Shown here one piece after another: positions 1 to 9,310 of a stretch of DNA of 64,000 nt. The stretch is from contig CBDFKD010000002.1 of the NCBI GenBank assembly GCA_965248695.1, positions 896,001-960,000 of the forward strand, written 5' to 3'. Position 1 is the first letter of the stretch. Each line of letters opens with the position of its first letter. The position numbers were made by a program, and so were the translations under genes. Source of the DNA: Acidobacteriota bacterium (GTDB lineage Bacteria; Acidobacteriota; UBA890; WLXD01). The notes beneath the pieces were generated by a model, which did no database searches, was not told the DNA's origin, and saw nothing but the letters and a program-made list of their open reading frames with translations.

Positions 1-1
1 G

Positions 2-1045
2 CGCTCCGTAGGTTTGTTCGGGCCATCCGGTGCCGGCAAGACGAGCGTCCTGCGCGCTATCGCCGGGCTCGAGACACGGGCGCAAGGCCAAATCAGCCTG
101 GGCGACGAAGTCTGGCTCGATTCCGATTCCGGCATCCAGGTGGCGCCGGAGGGAAGGGCGATCGGTTATCTACCACAGGATGGACTGCTGTTCCCGAATC
201 ACGACGTGCGCGGCAACCTGCTCGCCGGCGCGACGCGGGCACGACGACAGGGACGTCGAGTCAAGCAGCTCTTCGACACGACCTGCCGGCTGTTGGAACT
301 CGGCCCGCTGCTCGAGCGCGAGGTGGCCACCCTCTCGGGTGGCGAGCGCCAACGGGTGGCCTTGGGGCGCGCCATCTGCTCCGGGCCCAGGCTATTGCTG
401 CTCGACGAGCCGCTGGCGTCGTTGGACCTGCAGTTGCGCCGCCGAGTATTGCCGTTTCTGCGGCGCGTGCGCGAGCAGCTCGAGATCCCGATGCTACTGG
501 TGTCGCACGACCCGGTGGAGGTGCAAGCACTTTGCTCCGAACTGGTCGCCATGCGCCGCGGCACGATCGTCGCCCATGGGGAGGTACGCGACGTGCTCAC
601 CGACGCCGAGGTGCTGCCGTTCGGTGCCCACGACGGCTTCGACAACGTGGTCGCCTGTTCGGTGCTCGAGCACGGCGCTGGCACGAGCACGGTGCGGCTC
701 GGCGAGAGCAGCGATCGGCAACTGACCGTGCCGGCAACCGGTGGCGTCCGGGGCGATCAGCGCCTGCTGCGGATTCCGGCGCGCGACATCATCGTGGCGA
801 TCCAGCCACCCATCGGTCTCTCGGCCCGCAACGTCGTGCCGGCAACGATCGGACGCATCCGCTCCGACGGCGACTTGCGGCTGGTCGTTGCCGACCTCGG
901 TGACGACGGTCCCGATCTCGCCGCCGTGGTCACCAGCGAAGCGTGCGGCGCGCTCGGGCTCGAGGTCGGACAGCAGGTGTACCTGATCATCAAGACTGCC
1001 TCCTGCGACCTGTACGAGGGGACAGGACAGGAGTCCAACGGTTGA
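2..1045 (+). CDS. modC: Molybdate ABC transporter ATP-binding protein (5' partial)
   Basis: Walker A GPSGAGKT, signature LSGGERQRVALGRA, Walker B LLLLDEP and H-loop VSHD. C-terminal TOBE/Mop region (GLSARN...LGLEVGQQVYLIIK). The frame is open to the window edge. Confidence 0.9.
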   Translation, partial: RSVGLFGPSGAGKTSVLRAIAGLETRAQGQISLGDEVWLDSDSGIQVAPEGRAIGYLPQDGLLFPNHDVRGNLLAGATRARRQGRRVKQLFDTTCRLLELGPLLEREVATLSGGERQRVALGRAICSGPRLLLLDEPLASLDLQLRRRVLPFLRRVREQLEIPMLLVSHDPVEVQALCSELVAMRRGTIVAHGEVRDVLTDAEVLPFGAHDGFDNVVACSVLEHGAGTSTVRLGESSDRQLTVPATGGVRGDQRLLRIPARDIIVAIQPPIGLSARNVVPATIGRIRSDGDLRLVVADLGDDGPDLAAVVTSEACGALGLEVGQQVYLIIKTASCDLYEGTGQESNG

Positions 1046-1566
1046 GCGATGCCCCCCGAGATCGAGCCCTGGACGACACCAGCATCGCAACCGACGGTGA
1101 ATTCCGCATCCGGATCCTCGTCGACGCGGACGCTTGCCCGGTTAAGAACGAGGTCTACCGAGTCGCGCGTCGCTACCGGCTTCAGGTCAGAGTGGTGGCC
1201 AACTCGTGGATCCGCATCCCGGAGGACGAAGGGTTCGAGCTCGTCGTAGTGGAGGGTCAGTTCGACGCCGCCGACGACTGGATCGTCGACAATTGCGGTG
1301 CCGGCGATGTAGTCATCTGCGACGATATCCCGCTCGCGGCACGAACGCTGGAACGTGGCGCTCGCGCCCTCAGCCCGCGTGGATGCCCGTTCACCGAGGA
1401 CTCCATCGGCGGCGCATTGGCAACCCGTGAGCTCATGTCACAGCTACGCGACATGGGCACGGTGACCGGCGGCCCGGCGCCATTCGCAAAGCGCGACCGG
1501 TCGCAGTTCTTGCAGCAGCTGGACCAGACCGTTCAGGATCTACGGAAACGAGGCCCTGCCGTATGA
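1042..1566 (+). CDS. YaiI/YqxD (DUF188) family protein
   Basis: Motifs ILVDADACPVK, DAADDWIV, DDIPLAAR and GGPAPFAKRDRSQF. A TTG start overlaps the modC stop, with AGGAG upstream. Confidence 0.88.
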   Translation: MSDAPRDRALDDTSIATDGEFRIRILVDADACPVKNEVYRVARRYRLQVRVVANSWIRIPEDEGFELVVVEGQFDAADDWIVDNCGAGDVVICDDIPLAARTLERGARALSPRGCPFTEDSIGGALATRELMSQLRDMGTVTGGPAPFAKRDRSQFLQQLDQTVQDLRKRGPAV

Positions 1567-1946
1567 ACCCTTACAGTCATATCGACCTGCGTGTGGACAG
1601 CATGGACACGTGCCTGCCTTTCTACGAGAAGCTGCTCGCGAGGTTCGGCTTCGGCCACCGCACCAGCGACGGTGAGTGGGAGATCTTCGTCGGCGACGGC
1701 GAGTTCCCTGGCGTGGCGTTCTTCTCGATGATCGAGGATCCGGCGCATCGGCCGAACGGCAATCGCATCGCGTTCTGCGCCCTGTCGCGCGACGAGGTGG
1801 ATGCCGTCGGCGAGCTGCTGCGGGAGATCGGGGCCGGCATCGAGAGTGGGCCGCGCCTGTGCAGCGAGTATAACGACGGCTACTACGCGGTCTTTTTCGA
1901 GGACCCGGCAGGTAACCTGCTCGAGGTCGTGCATCGAACGGAGTGA
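1563..1946 (+). CDS. VOC/glyoxalase family protein
   Basis: HIDLRV...FYEKLL and YYAVFFEDPAGNLLEVV; start overlaps the upstream stop. Confidence 0.85.
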   Translation: MNPYSHIDLRVDSMDTCLPFYEKLLARFGFGHRTSDGEWEIFVGDGEFPGVAFFSMIEDPAHRPNGNRIAFCALSRDEVDAVGELLREIGAGIESGPRLCSEYNDGYYAVFFEDPAGNLLEVVHRTE

Positions 1947-1949
1947 GAC

Positions 1950-2687
1950 ATGCTTACCGACACCTCGGCGCCGGGTTGGCGCTCGCAGTCGATCCCCGAG
2001 CTCTCCCTGGCGACGACGGCCGGGAGGGTGGCTGTCGCCGTCGCGTTTCTGGTTGCGTTCCCGGTCGCTGCACAGGAAGTCGACCCACTGCTCGACGAAT
2101 CGATCCGCTGGTACACGGGCATGACCGGGACGGTCGACGACCAGCGCGCCCGTGAGCTGCTGCTCGAGGCACTGGAGACGCCTGACCCGATCAGCCGCAT
2201 GTGGCTGGCACGCTGCCATTCGCGTGGCCGCATGTTTTTCGAGCGCGACGAGGCGCGCGCCGACCTGCTCGCCGCCGAGGTGATCACCGAGATCGAGCGA
2301 CTCGCCCACGCGGGCGTCGCCGAAGCGGCGTTCCTCATGGGCACGGCCAACGACGAAGGCCTGGCAATGGAGATCGACCCGGCGATGGCGGCCGCCTGGT
2401 TTCACCGCGCTGCCGACCAACGCCACGTGTTGGCGCAGCACAACCTCGGCAACGCCTACTACGGTGGCCGCGGCCTACCGCAGAGCGACGTGATGGCGGT
2501 CTACTGGTGGCGGCTGGCGTCCGAGCAAGGCGACGCCATACCGCAACGGGAGCTCGCAGCGATGTACGAGCAGGGCCGTGGCGTCGCCATGGACCTCGCG
2601 GAAGCCGAGCGCTGGTATCGGCAGAGCGCCGAGCGCGGCAACACCCAGGCACAAGAAGCGCTCGAGAGGCTCACCGCTCAGCGCTGA
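1950..2687 (+). CDS. Sel1-repeat (SLR/TPR) exported protein
   Basis: Signal-like segment ending AAQ, then repeats AQHNLGNAYYGGRG and AQ-like/ELAAMYEQGRGV..D..EAERWYRQSAERGN. Confidence 0.85.
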   Translation: MLTDTSAPGWRSQSIPELSLATTAGRVAVAVAFLVAFPVAAQEVDPLLDESIRWYTGMTGTVDDQRARELLLEALETPDPISRMWLARCHSRGRMFFERDEARADLLAAEVITEIERLAHAGVAEAAFLMGTANDEGLAMEIDPAMAAAWFHRAADQRHVLAQHNLGNAYYGGRGLPQSDVMAVYWWRLASEQGDAIPQRELAAMYEQGRGVAMDLAEAERWYRQSAERGNTQAQEALERLTAQR

Positions 2688-2809
2688 GCGGCCGTCCGCA
2701 GGCGAGCCGATAAGCCGCGACGCGGCAGTCGGTGGTCGGTCGCCAGGCACCATCGTAGGATGGGGACGGTCCCTCATCCGACTCGCCCCTGACCATTTCT
2801 CGTTGCGCG

Positions 2810-3637
2810 ATGGAGATCGTTCGACACACAGACGCCGCCGCGTTCTTGCGTCGGGCGGAGGCATGGCTGCTGCTGGCCGAGGCCGAGAACAACCTCGTGC
2901 TCGGCATCGCCAGCGCGCTCATCGATGGCGACCACTCGTACGCGGATCCCATCTACCTCGCAACGGTCGAGGACGACGGCAAGGTATGCGGCTGCGCCTT
3001 TCGCACCCCGCCGTACAAGCTGTCGCTGACGCGAATGCCGCTGGCGGCGATCGATCCCCTGGTTGCCAGCGTTGCGTCGGTATACCCGTCGGTACACGCG
3101 GTCGGCGGGCCAGCGGCGGCTGCGAATGGGTTCGCAGAATCCTGGGCCGCATGCCGCGGAGTCGACTGCGAGGTGATCATGCGCAACGCCATCTACAGCC
3201 TGGACACCGTCGTGCCGCCGCCGTCACCACCGCCCGGCATCATGCGACAGGCGTCGGCGTCAGACTTGCAGCAATTGAGCGACTGGGGAGTCCGCTTCGT
3301 CGAGGAGACCGGCGTCGAGCACTCGCACGACCTGACGAGGCGACTCGTCGAGAACGGATCGATGTACGTCTGGGAGGATGATGCCATCACCTCGATGGCA
3401 GCCGCGATGGACCCCACCGCCACCGGCGTTCGGATCGGCTACGTCTACACTCCGCCGAGCGCGCGCGGCCGGGGCTACGCCTCGGTTCTCGTCGCCGAGC
3501 TCAGCCAGCTGCACTTCGACCGCGGCCTCGACCTGTGCTTTCTCTACACCGACGTCGCAAACCCGACATCGAACGCCATCTACAGCCGCATCGGCTACCG
3601 CCAGGTGTGCGAGGTCATCGAGATCGCCCTTTGCTAG
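2810..3637 (+). CDS. GNAT family N-acetyltransferase (FR47-like C-terminal domain)
   Basis: VYTPPSARGRGYAS acetyl-CoA motif and CFLYTDVANPTSNAIYSRIGY. Confidence 0.88.
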   Translation: MEIVRHTDAAAFLRRAEAWLLLAEAENNLVLGIASALIDGDHSYADPIYLATVEDDGKVCGCAFRTPPYKLSLTRMPLAAIDPLVASVASVYPSVHAVGGPAAAANGFAESWAACRGVDCEVIMRNAIYSLDTVVPPPSPPPGIMRQASASDLQQLSDWGVRFVEETGVEHSHDLTRRLVENGSMYVWEDDAITSMAAAMDPTATGVRIGYVYTPPSARGRGYASVLVAELSQLHFDRGLDLCFLYTDVANPTSNAIYSRIGYRQVCEVIEIALC

Positions 3638-3720
3638 CCGCGGCGAGCGCTGGGAATTCGTACCCGAGATGGCGGGGATAGACTTGCTCGCAGGCTGAGC
3701 CACCAACACCCAGGAGCCGA

Positions 3721-4053
3721 ATGACCATACCGCCGCGCTCGGAAGGATCGCTCGTCATCGTGCTCGGGGTAGTGGTGCTCGTGCTCATTGGCGCGTTGGC
3801 GCACTCGCTCCTCGGAATCGCTCACATGTTCGGCCTTCTGGTGGAGCTCGGTGCGGCGGCGCTCATCGCGTCCGTCGCTTTCGGACTGGCCCGGTTCCTG
3901 TCGATGCGGGTAGGCGCGCCAGGCTGGTTGTGGGGGGTGGCCTTCGTGGTGCCGACCTTCGCGGGCTCCCTCGGCGGCGGCCTTCTGCACGACGGGATGT
4001 TCGGGCTGGTGTGGCTGCTAGCCGCGATCGTAGGCGCCAATCACCGACGCTAG
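3721..4053 (+). CDS. Hypothetical membrane protein
   Basis: About four hydrophobic segments, AGGAG RBS; the stop TAG lies in the left CTAG of the MITE. Confidence 0.6.
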   Translation: MTIPPRSEGSLVIVLGVVVLVLIGALAHSLLGIAHMFGLLVELGAAALIASVAFGLARFLSMRVGAPGWLWGVAFVVPTFAGSLGGGLLHDGMFGLVWLLAAIVGANHRR

Positions 4054-4328
4054 CGGGCCGTGGTGGAAGTGTAGCGGGCCTGGTTGCGACGAGTTGGGGC
4101 CAGATGCAAGGCGGCCTGACGGAGGCGATGCCCTAGCCATCGTCGAGGAGGGCCAACGCCGCAGATGGCCCCAAATCGCCGCAACCCTTTGGGCGACAGG
4201 GGGTTGCGCGCGTATACTGCGTCGTTCGTCGTCAACGATGGGGTAGCCATCGCCTCCTCCTCTCTCCTTGCCTCCACCTCGCAAGACCCTGTCGCCAGGC
4301 CCGCCACACTTCCACCGCGGCCTGCTAG
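4050..4328. mobile_element. 279-bp MITE-like element, copy 1 (CTAG-bounded, ~34-bp imperfect terminal inverted repeats)
   Basis: Left end ctagcgggccgtggtggaagtgtagcgggcctgg, right end ccaggcccgccacacttccaccgcggcctgctag. A same-length inverted homologue lies at 34118-34396. No transposase inside. Confidence 0.85.
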
Positions 4329-5686
4329 CGACGCAACTCTCCGGCCAGTCGTCGCAAATCGGCCTCGTCGACGAGCCCTCGCAACCATACGAGGTAGCCT
4401 CGCGGATCGCGCCATCGGAGCATGCGCTCACCGTTCGGGTGAACACTGAACACCGCGGTTTCCAAACGAGATCCGGCGCGCCCAGCCTGGCGTGGAGCGG
4501 CAGCCAGCTGGCGACGTTGTGCTGCCGGTTGCTCAGCGTCGAGATCCGCCAGCTCCGCGTCCGCCGCCTCGACGCGCTGTTGCAACAGAGTGACCTCGGC
4601 ACCATCGGCAAGAACATAGAGATAGCGCAAGAGGGGGCGCCCCCGGGTCGCGTCCGGCAGCCCGCCTCCGGGACCGACGGACACTTCCATCTCGGTGGCA
4701 TCCTCGAGCCGCAATGGCGCGGCGCCGAGCCAATCCGCAGCGGCGAGCGCGTCGACGGCGGCCATCTCGCCGGTGACCCGAAACTCGCGAAAGGAAGCGG
4801 CCGTGTCGATCTCGGTCGGCGTTCGCACATTGCTGGCGGCAGCGGCGACGCCCTGGGGCGCCTCTGGACGAACACTGAGCTCGAGTCGGTCCTCCTCGAC
4901 GTCGGTCACTGCCGCAGCGACGAGGGCCTCCCTGGTGGCGGCCTCCTCGGCACGGGCGGGCCGACGCAGCCCGTTGGCGGTTTGAGCTGCGAGCGGAGCG
5001 ACGACGGACCGTGATGGCGGCGCCGTAGCAACCCGGGCAGCCCGCTCGTCACCGACGAGCTCGTCGGTGGCCGGGCCAGGCGCCGCTTTGGCCTCGAGGA
5101 CACGTACCGCTTCGGCCTCACTGGCGGGTGCCGTATCGGCCTTCGGAGCGAGAGACGTCGGAGGCGCTGGCCGCGCACCCGCCGGCGCCGCCGGGGAGCT
5201 GGAGGCCACTGGCTCGTCATCGCGCTGGTCGCCCGCTTGTCCCCCGACGGGCTCGCCTGGCCGAAGCTCACCGGTGAAGCCCGATGTGTCAGGCCCGAAG
5301 CCGCGGCTGGCCTGCCAGCCGAGAGTAAACGCCAGCACCAGCGTCGCCGCCCACGCAAGCTGCCGACGCCGGGTGCCCTGGGGTCTCGGCAGCGGCACCG
5401 TGCCGTCGGCGCGACCCTCTTCGGGGCTCTCTTCGCGGCCTTCTTCGCGGCCCTCATCGAGATCCTCGTCGGCGCGACCCAGCAGCGCTTGCCACGCCGG
5501 CGCCTCGACATCGGGCGCCAGCTCGCCGATCAGCTGGGCGGCGAGCGACTTCGTAGTTGCCCCCTCCTCCAGGATCGCGGTGCACGGATCGCAGTCCCGG
5601 ATATGGAGCTCCAGCGCCAGGCGCTCGGCAGCGGTGCATTCGCCGTCCAGATAAGCGTGTACCTGCCCCTCGTCAACGTGTGGCAT
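4325..5686 (-). CDS. Zinc-binding anti-sigma factor (zf-HC2/ZAS) with a TM helix and Ala/Pro-rich extracytoplasmic region
   Basis: MPHVDEGQVHAYLDGE...HIRDCDPC (HxxxCxxC) and TM LAWAATLVLAFTLGW; directly follows the ECF sigma gene. Confidence 0.85.
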   Translation of the reverse strand: MPHVDEGQVHAYLDGECTAAERLALELHIRDCDPCTAILEEGATTKSLAAQLIGELAPDVEAPAWQALLGRADEDLDEGREEGREESPEEGRADGTVPLPRPQGTRRRQLAWAATLVLAFTLGWQASRGFGPDTSGFTGELRPGEPVGGQAGDQRDDEPVASSSPAAPAGARPAPPTSLAPKADTAPASEAEAVRVLEAKAAPGPATDELVGDERAARVATAPPSRSVVAPLAAQTANGLRRPARAEEAATREALVAAAVTDVEEDRLELSVRPEAPQGVAAAASNVRTPTEIDTAASFREFRVTGEMAAVDALAAADWLGAAPLRLEDATEMEVSVGPGGGLPDATRGRPLLRYLYVLADGAEVTLLQQRVEAADAELADLDAEQPAAQRRQLAAAPRQAGRAGSRLETAVFSVHPNGERMLRWRDPRGYLVWLRGLVDEADLRRLAGELRR

Positions 5687-6173
5687 CGCTCGCTCCTCGT
5701 TGCTGCCGCTGCCGTTCCCACGCTGCAGCCAGTCGCTTGCGCGCTCGGGCCAACGTAGTGCCCATCGATCCGACGGAGAGATCCAACCGCGTCGCAATCT
5801 CGTCGTAAGAGAAACCGTGCTCCTTGAGCATCAGCGCTTCCCGGTCGCGCCCCGGCAACTCCGCCAGCGCCGCCTGAACCCGTTCCTGGCGCTGTCGCAG
5901 CTCCATCTCCTCGTCCGGCGCTGCATTGGCGACCTCCGACCCTGCCACCAGCCGAAGATGACTCCGCCGTACCGCGATCCGACGCCCCTCGTCACGAACC
6001 AGATTCGCCGCCACGGCATAGAGCCAGCTCTTGGGATTGGCGGGACGAGTACGAATAGCGCGCACGAAAGCCTCCTGGGCAAGCTCCTCGGAACGAGCCA
6101 AATCGCCCAGTCTGCGGTGGATGAACCCAACCAGCGGGCCATATTGCTGTCTGTAGACCTTCTCCAGATCCAC
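5673..6173 (-). CDS. ECF RNA polymerase sigma factor
   Basis: Region 2 SEELAQEAFVRA/SWLYAVAANLVRD; region 4 LPGRDREAL...GFSYDEIATRL...GTTLARARKRL. Confidence 0.92.
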   Translation of the reverse strand: MDLEKVYRQQYGPLVGFIHRRLGDLARSEELAQEAFVRAIRTRPANPKSWLYAVAANLVRDEGRRIAVRRSHLRLVAGSEVANAAPDEEMELRQRQERVQAALAELPGRDREALMLKEHGFSYDEIATRLDLSVGSMGTTLARARKRLAAAWERQRQQRGASDATR

Positions 6174-6233
6174 GTGCTGCCCTCCGGCGGCCAGGAGCCC
6201 CGACGGCGCGGGCTCCCGGCTCCCTTGCTCCGA

Positions 6234-8597
6234 CTACCGCGCTTCGGCCGCAAAGGCTCTGCGCAGGAGCGACCAATCGGCCACGCCCAGCGGGGGCCCG
6301 TCCGCATCGATACGAAGTACCAGCCCCTCACCGGCGATGATAACGCTCTCGCCCAGGGCCAAGGCCGGCTGCAGGCCGGGGAACTGTCGCTGCAGCTCGA
6401 ACCAATCACGATTGTACGGCGCCACGCTCATCGTCGGCCAGGCGGAATCGGCGCGCACATCGCGCAGCCCATCGGCGCTCTCGACGAACAGACGCCTGCC
6501 GACGCGGCGCCAGGACGACGCTTCGGCGACCCTGCCACCGAACGCTGGCCCGGCGGCTAGCGCCTCATCGGCCTCGGCCAGCGACGCGGCGACGCGCAGT
6601 CGCTTGCTGGCGATCGCCTGCCGTAACGCCGTCTCGCCGGTCTGCTGGGCGGGGGCCCGAGCAAAGCGCTCGGCGCGACGTTGTACTTCCTCACGATCGT
6701 CCGCCAGCCCCGGCTCTTGCACCAGGTACGAGGTGTACTCGGTGAGCACGCCATAGCGCAGGCCGAGGGTGCGGATCTCCTCGACCAGCTCGCGATCGGT
6801 GCCGTGCAGCCGCAACTGCGCCGTCAGCGCACCCACCTTGCGTGACGCCCACAGCCGCGCGACGTATGCGTTGTCGCGTTGACGCTGCGGAAAATCCACC
6901 TCGAAGGCGAACTGCTCGCGACGGCCGCCACGCTCACCCTCCAGCACAAGGCTACCGGCGCCGGCGCCGCGATAGCGACCGGTGACCACCAGCTCCTGGC
7001 CGTGGAACAGATCCGGCAGCGGCCCCGGATGTAGATCCTCGATGGTTGCCGGTGCCGAGACGATGCGCAGATCCGACAGCACCGGGGCACCGATGCGACG
7101 GCCGAGGGCGGCCACCGCGCTCTCGACGCTCTCACCCGGGCGCACGTAGTCGACGGTTCCCCGACCTGCCTCCGCCAGGCGATCCAGGAGGTAGGCGTTG
7201 ACGTCGTCGCCGACGCCGAAGGCAAAGACGCGCTCGCCGTCGCGCAGCTGCTCGGCTGCGGCACTGATGCGTACCGGGTCGGTCTCGCCCACCGTCGGCA
7301 GCCCGTCGGTGAGAAACAGCACCATCGACAGCCGTCCGGCCACTACCTGTGGCTCGAGCGCAGTCCGCAACGCTCCATCGATGTTGGTGCTGCCGTCTGC
7401 CGGCACGCTGCGTAGATAGTCGACCGCACGGGCAACGTTTTCCGGAGTCGCGGCCAGATACTCGGGCTCATACGAGCGCACGGCGCTGGCGAAGGTGATC
7501 AGCCGGAAGCGATCGTGCTGCCGCAGGCCGCGCAGCATCTGTTCGAGCGCCGCGCGCGCCTGCTCGAGCTTGTGACCGGCCATCGACCCGGACACGTCGA
7601 GCACCAGCGACACGTCACGCGCGATGGTCTCGGTGGCCTCGGCCGCCGGCGGGCTGAGCAGCAGCAGGAAGTAGCTGTCCTCGTTGCCCGGATCTGGTGC
7701 ATGGGTCAGCAGGCTGGCGCCGACGGTGGAGCCGAGTCGCGGCAGGAGCAGCTCGAAGCCGGTGCCGCCGGTGCGGCGCTCGTTGTCGAGCAGGCGCACC
7801 TCGACCACGTCGCCTGGGCGAGAGGCCACATCGATTGCGTCGGTGGGCGAGTACGGAGTACCCAACATCGACGCGTTCTCGATACGAACGAGCACCGACG
7901 AAGCGATAGCGGGCCCCGCCACGGGCGTCGCCTGGCGGATGTTCGCCCGGGGCACCGGAAGCCCTTCGAGCCCATCGCCGCGCAAGTCCATGACGCCGGC
8001 GCTACGCGGAAACCGCATGCGCAACAAGTCCCCTGATAGCGGCAACACCTGGGCGTAGCGCAGGATGATGCGCCGCGTGTCGCCCGGCTCGATCGGAAAC
8101 ACACGAGCGCAAATCAGGTCGCGGCCAGCGAGCTCGACCAGCGCCGGATCGCGGCGCTTGCGCACGATCTCCTCGTAGATTGCCCGCGCCTGTTCCGCCT
8201 GCAGCATCTCGCCGCGCATCTCGTTCTCGCCGGCGAACAGCGACAGGTTGTGGAACACCGCGCCGCGTGGAAGGGCGTACCGGTAGTCGCCCTCGAGCAC
8301 CCGACCGGCGTGATTGCGAAACTCCTCGAGCACCTCGAAGCTCGCCAGCCTGGTGCGCGCGTCGATGCTGATGGTGACCTCGCTGCGGACACGCACGACC
8401 ATAGGATCGCGCATCAGAGTCGATACGCCGGCGGGGCCTGCCGGCACCGGCTCGGGGGAGGCGGCGGCAATGCTGAGCATGACCGCAAGCGCGACGAGCA
8501 TCGGCCGCACGACTCCCGGGTTACGGCGCTGATCGGGCACTGGTGGGCGGCGCGTTTTCTGCCTGCGAGGCGAAGCGTGGCGCGGAATCGGGATCAT
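6234..8597 (-). CDS. VIT (vault inter-alpha-trypsin) + vWA domain protein, probably exported
   Basis: VIT motifs ARAIYEEIVRKRRDPALVE and RVFPIEPG; MIDAS DVSGSM...T...LTDG; hydrophobic N-terminal segment. CAGGAG precedes ATG 8597. Confidence 0.88.
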   Translation of the reverse strand: MIPIPRHASPRRQKTRRPPVPDQRRNPGVVRPMLVALAVMLSIAAASPEPVPAGPAGVSTLMRDPMVVRVRSEVTISIDARTRLASFEVLEEFRNHAGRVLEGDYRYALPRGAVFHNLSLFAGENEMRGEMLQAEQARAIYEEIVRKRRDPALVELAGRDLICARVFPIEPGDTRRIILRYAQVLPLSGDLLRMRFPRSAGVMDLRGDGLEGLPVPRANIRQATPVAGPAIASSVLVRIENASMLGTPYSPTDAIDVASRPGDVVEVRLLDNERRTGGTGFELLLPRLGSTVGASLLTHAPDPGNEDSYFLLLLSPPAAEATETIARDVSLVLDVSGSMAGHKLEQARAALEQMLRGLRQHDRFRLITFASAVRSYEPEYLAATPENVARAVDYLRSVPADGSTNIDGALRTALEPQVVAGRLSMVLFLTDGLPTVGETDPVRISAAAEQLRDGERVFAFGVGDDVNAYLLDRLAEAGRGTVDYVRPGESVESAVAALGRRIGAPVLSDLRIVSAPATIEDLHPGPLPDLFHGQELVVTGRYRGAGAGSLVLEGERGGRREQFAFEVDFPQRQRDNAYVARLWASRKVGALTAQLRLHGTDRELVEEIRTLGLRYGVLTEYTSYLVQEPGLADDREEVQRRAERFARAPAQQTGETALRQAIASKRLRVAASLAEADEALAAGPAFGGRVAEASSWRRVGRRLFVESADGLRDVRADSAWPTMSVAPYNRDWFELQRQFPGLQPALALGESVIIAGEGLVLRIDADGPPLGVADWSLLRRAFAAEAR

Positions 8598-8767
8598 GGT
8601 GTGTCTCCTGTTGGTGGAGTTGGAATGTCTCTGACCGACCCTGAGACGCACCATCGCCGGAAACTTGCACACCGCCTGCCTCCTCGTGCCCACCGGTCGG
8701 GTCCGAGCCCTCGCACATTTGCTTCGCGGGCGCAGACGCCAGACCCCGAACGGCGTACCCTAGGTTC

Positions 8768-9310
8768 ATGAACGAAACGACCACGCTGGGAGGCGGCTGC
8801 TTCTGGTGTCTGGAAGCCGTTTACAGCGAGCTTTCCGGCGTCGAGAGCGTCACGTCCGGCTACGCTGGCGGGCACGTCGAGGATCCGAGCTACGAGGAAG
8901 TCTGCACCGGGTCGACGAACCATGCGGAGGTGATTCGCATGGAGTTCGATCCCAACATCATTGCCTTCGGTGAATTGCTCGAGGTCTTCTTCGGCATCCA
9001 TGATCCGACGACGCTGAACCGTCAGGGCGCCGATGTCGGCACCCAGTATCGATCGGCGATCTACTACGAAACCCCGGACCAGGGTGCTCTGGCGGAGGGA
9101 CTCATCGCCCGTCTCAACGCCGAGCAGCTGTTCGACGACCCGATCGTTACCGAGGTGGCCCCCCTCGACACGTTCTATCCGGCAGAGGCCTACCATCACG
9201 ACTACTACGCCCGAAACACCGGCATGCGGTACTGCCAGGTCGTCATCGGCCCGAAGATCGCCAAGCTGCGCCAGCAGTTCGCCACGAGGCTGAAAGAAAC
9301 GGCCCATTGA
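8768..9310 (+). CDS. msrA: Peptide-methionine (S)-S-oxide reductase
   Basis: GGGCFWCLE, PSYEEVC, HDPTTLNRQGADVGTQYRS and FYPAEAYHHDYY. Confidence 0.96.
   Translation: MNETTTLGGGCFWCLEAVYSELSGVESVTSGYAGGHVEDPSYEEVCTGSTNHAEVIRMEFDPNIIAFGELLEVFFGIHDPTTLNRQGADVGTQYRSAIYYETPDQGALAEGLIARLNAEQLFDDPIVTEVAPLDTFYPAEAYHHDYYARNTGMRYCQVVIGPKIAKLRQQFATRLKETAH

Noticed and set aside
4018-4449. ORFs crossing MITE copy 1, and the similar peptides at 34115-34396
   Set aside because: The similarity reflects the DNA repeat. There are no transposase motifs or RBS, and open frames are expected in GC-rich palindromic DNA.
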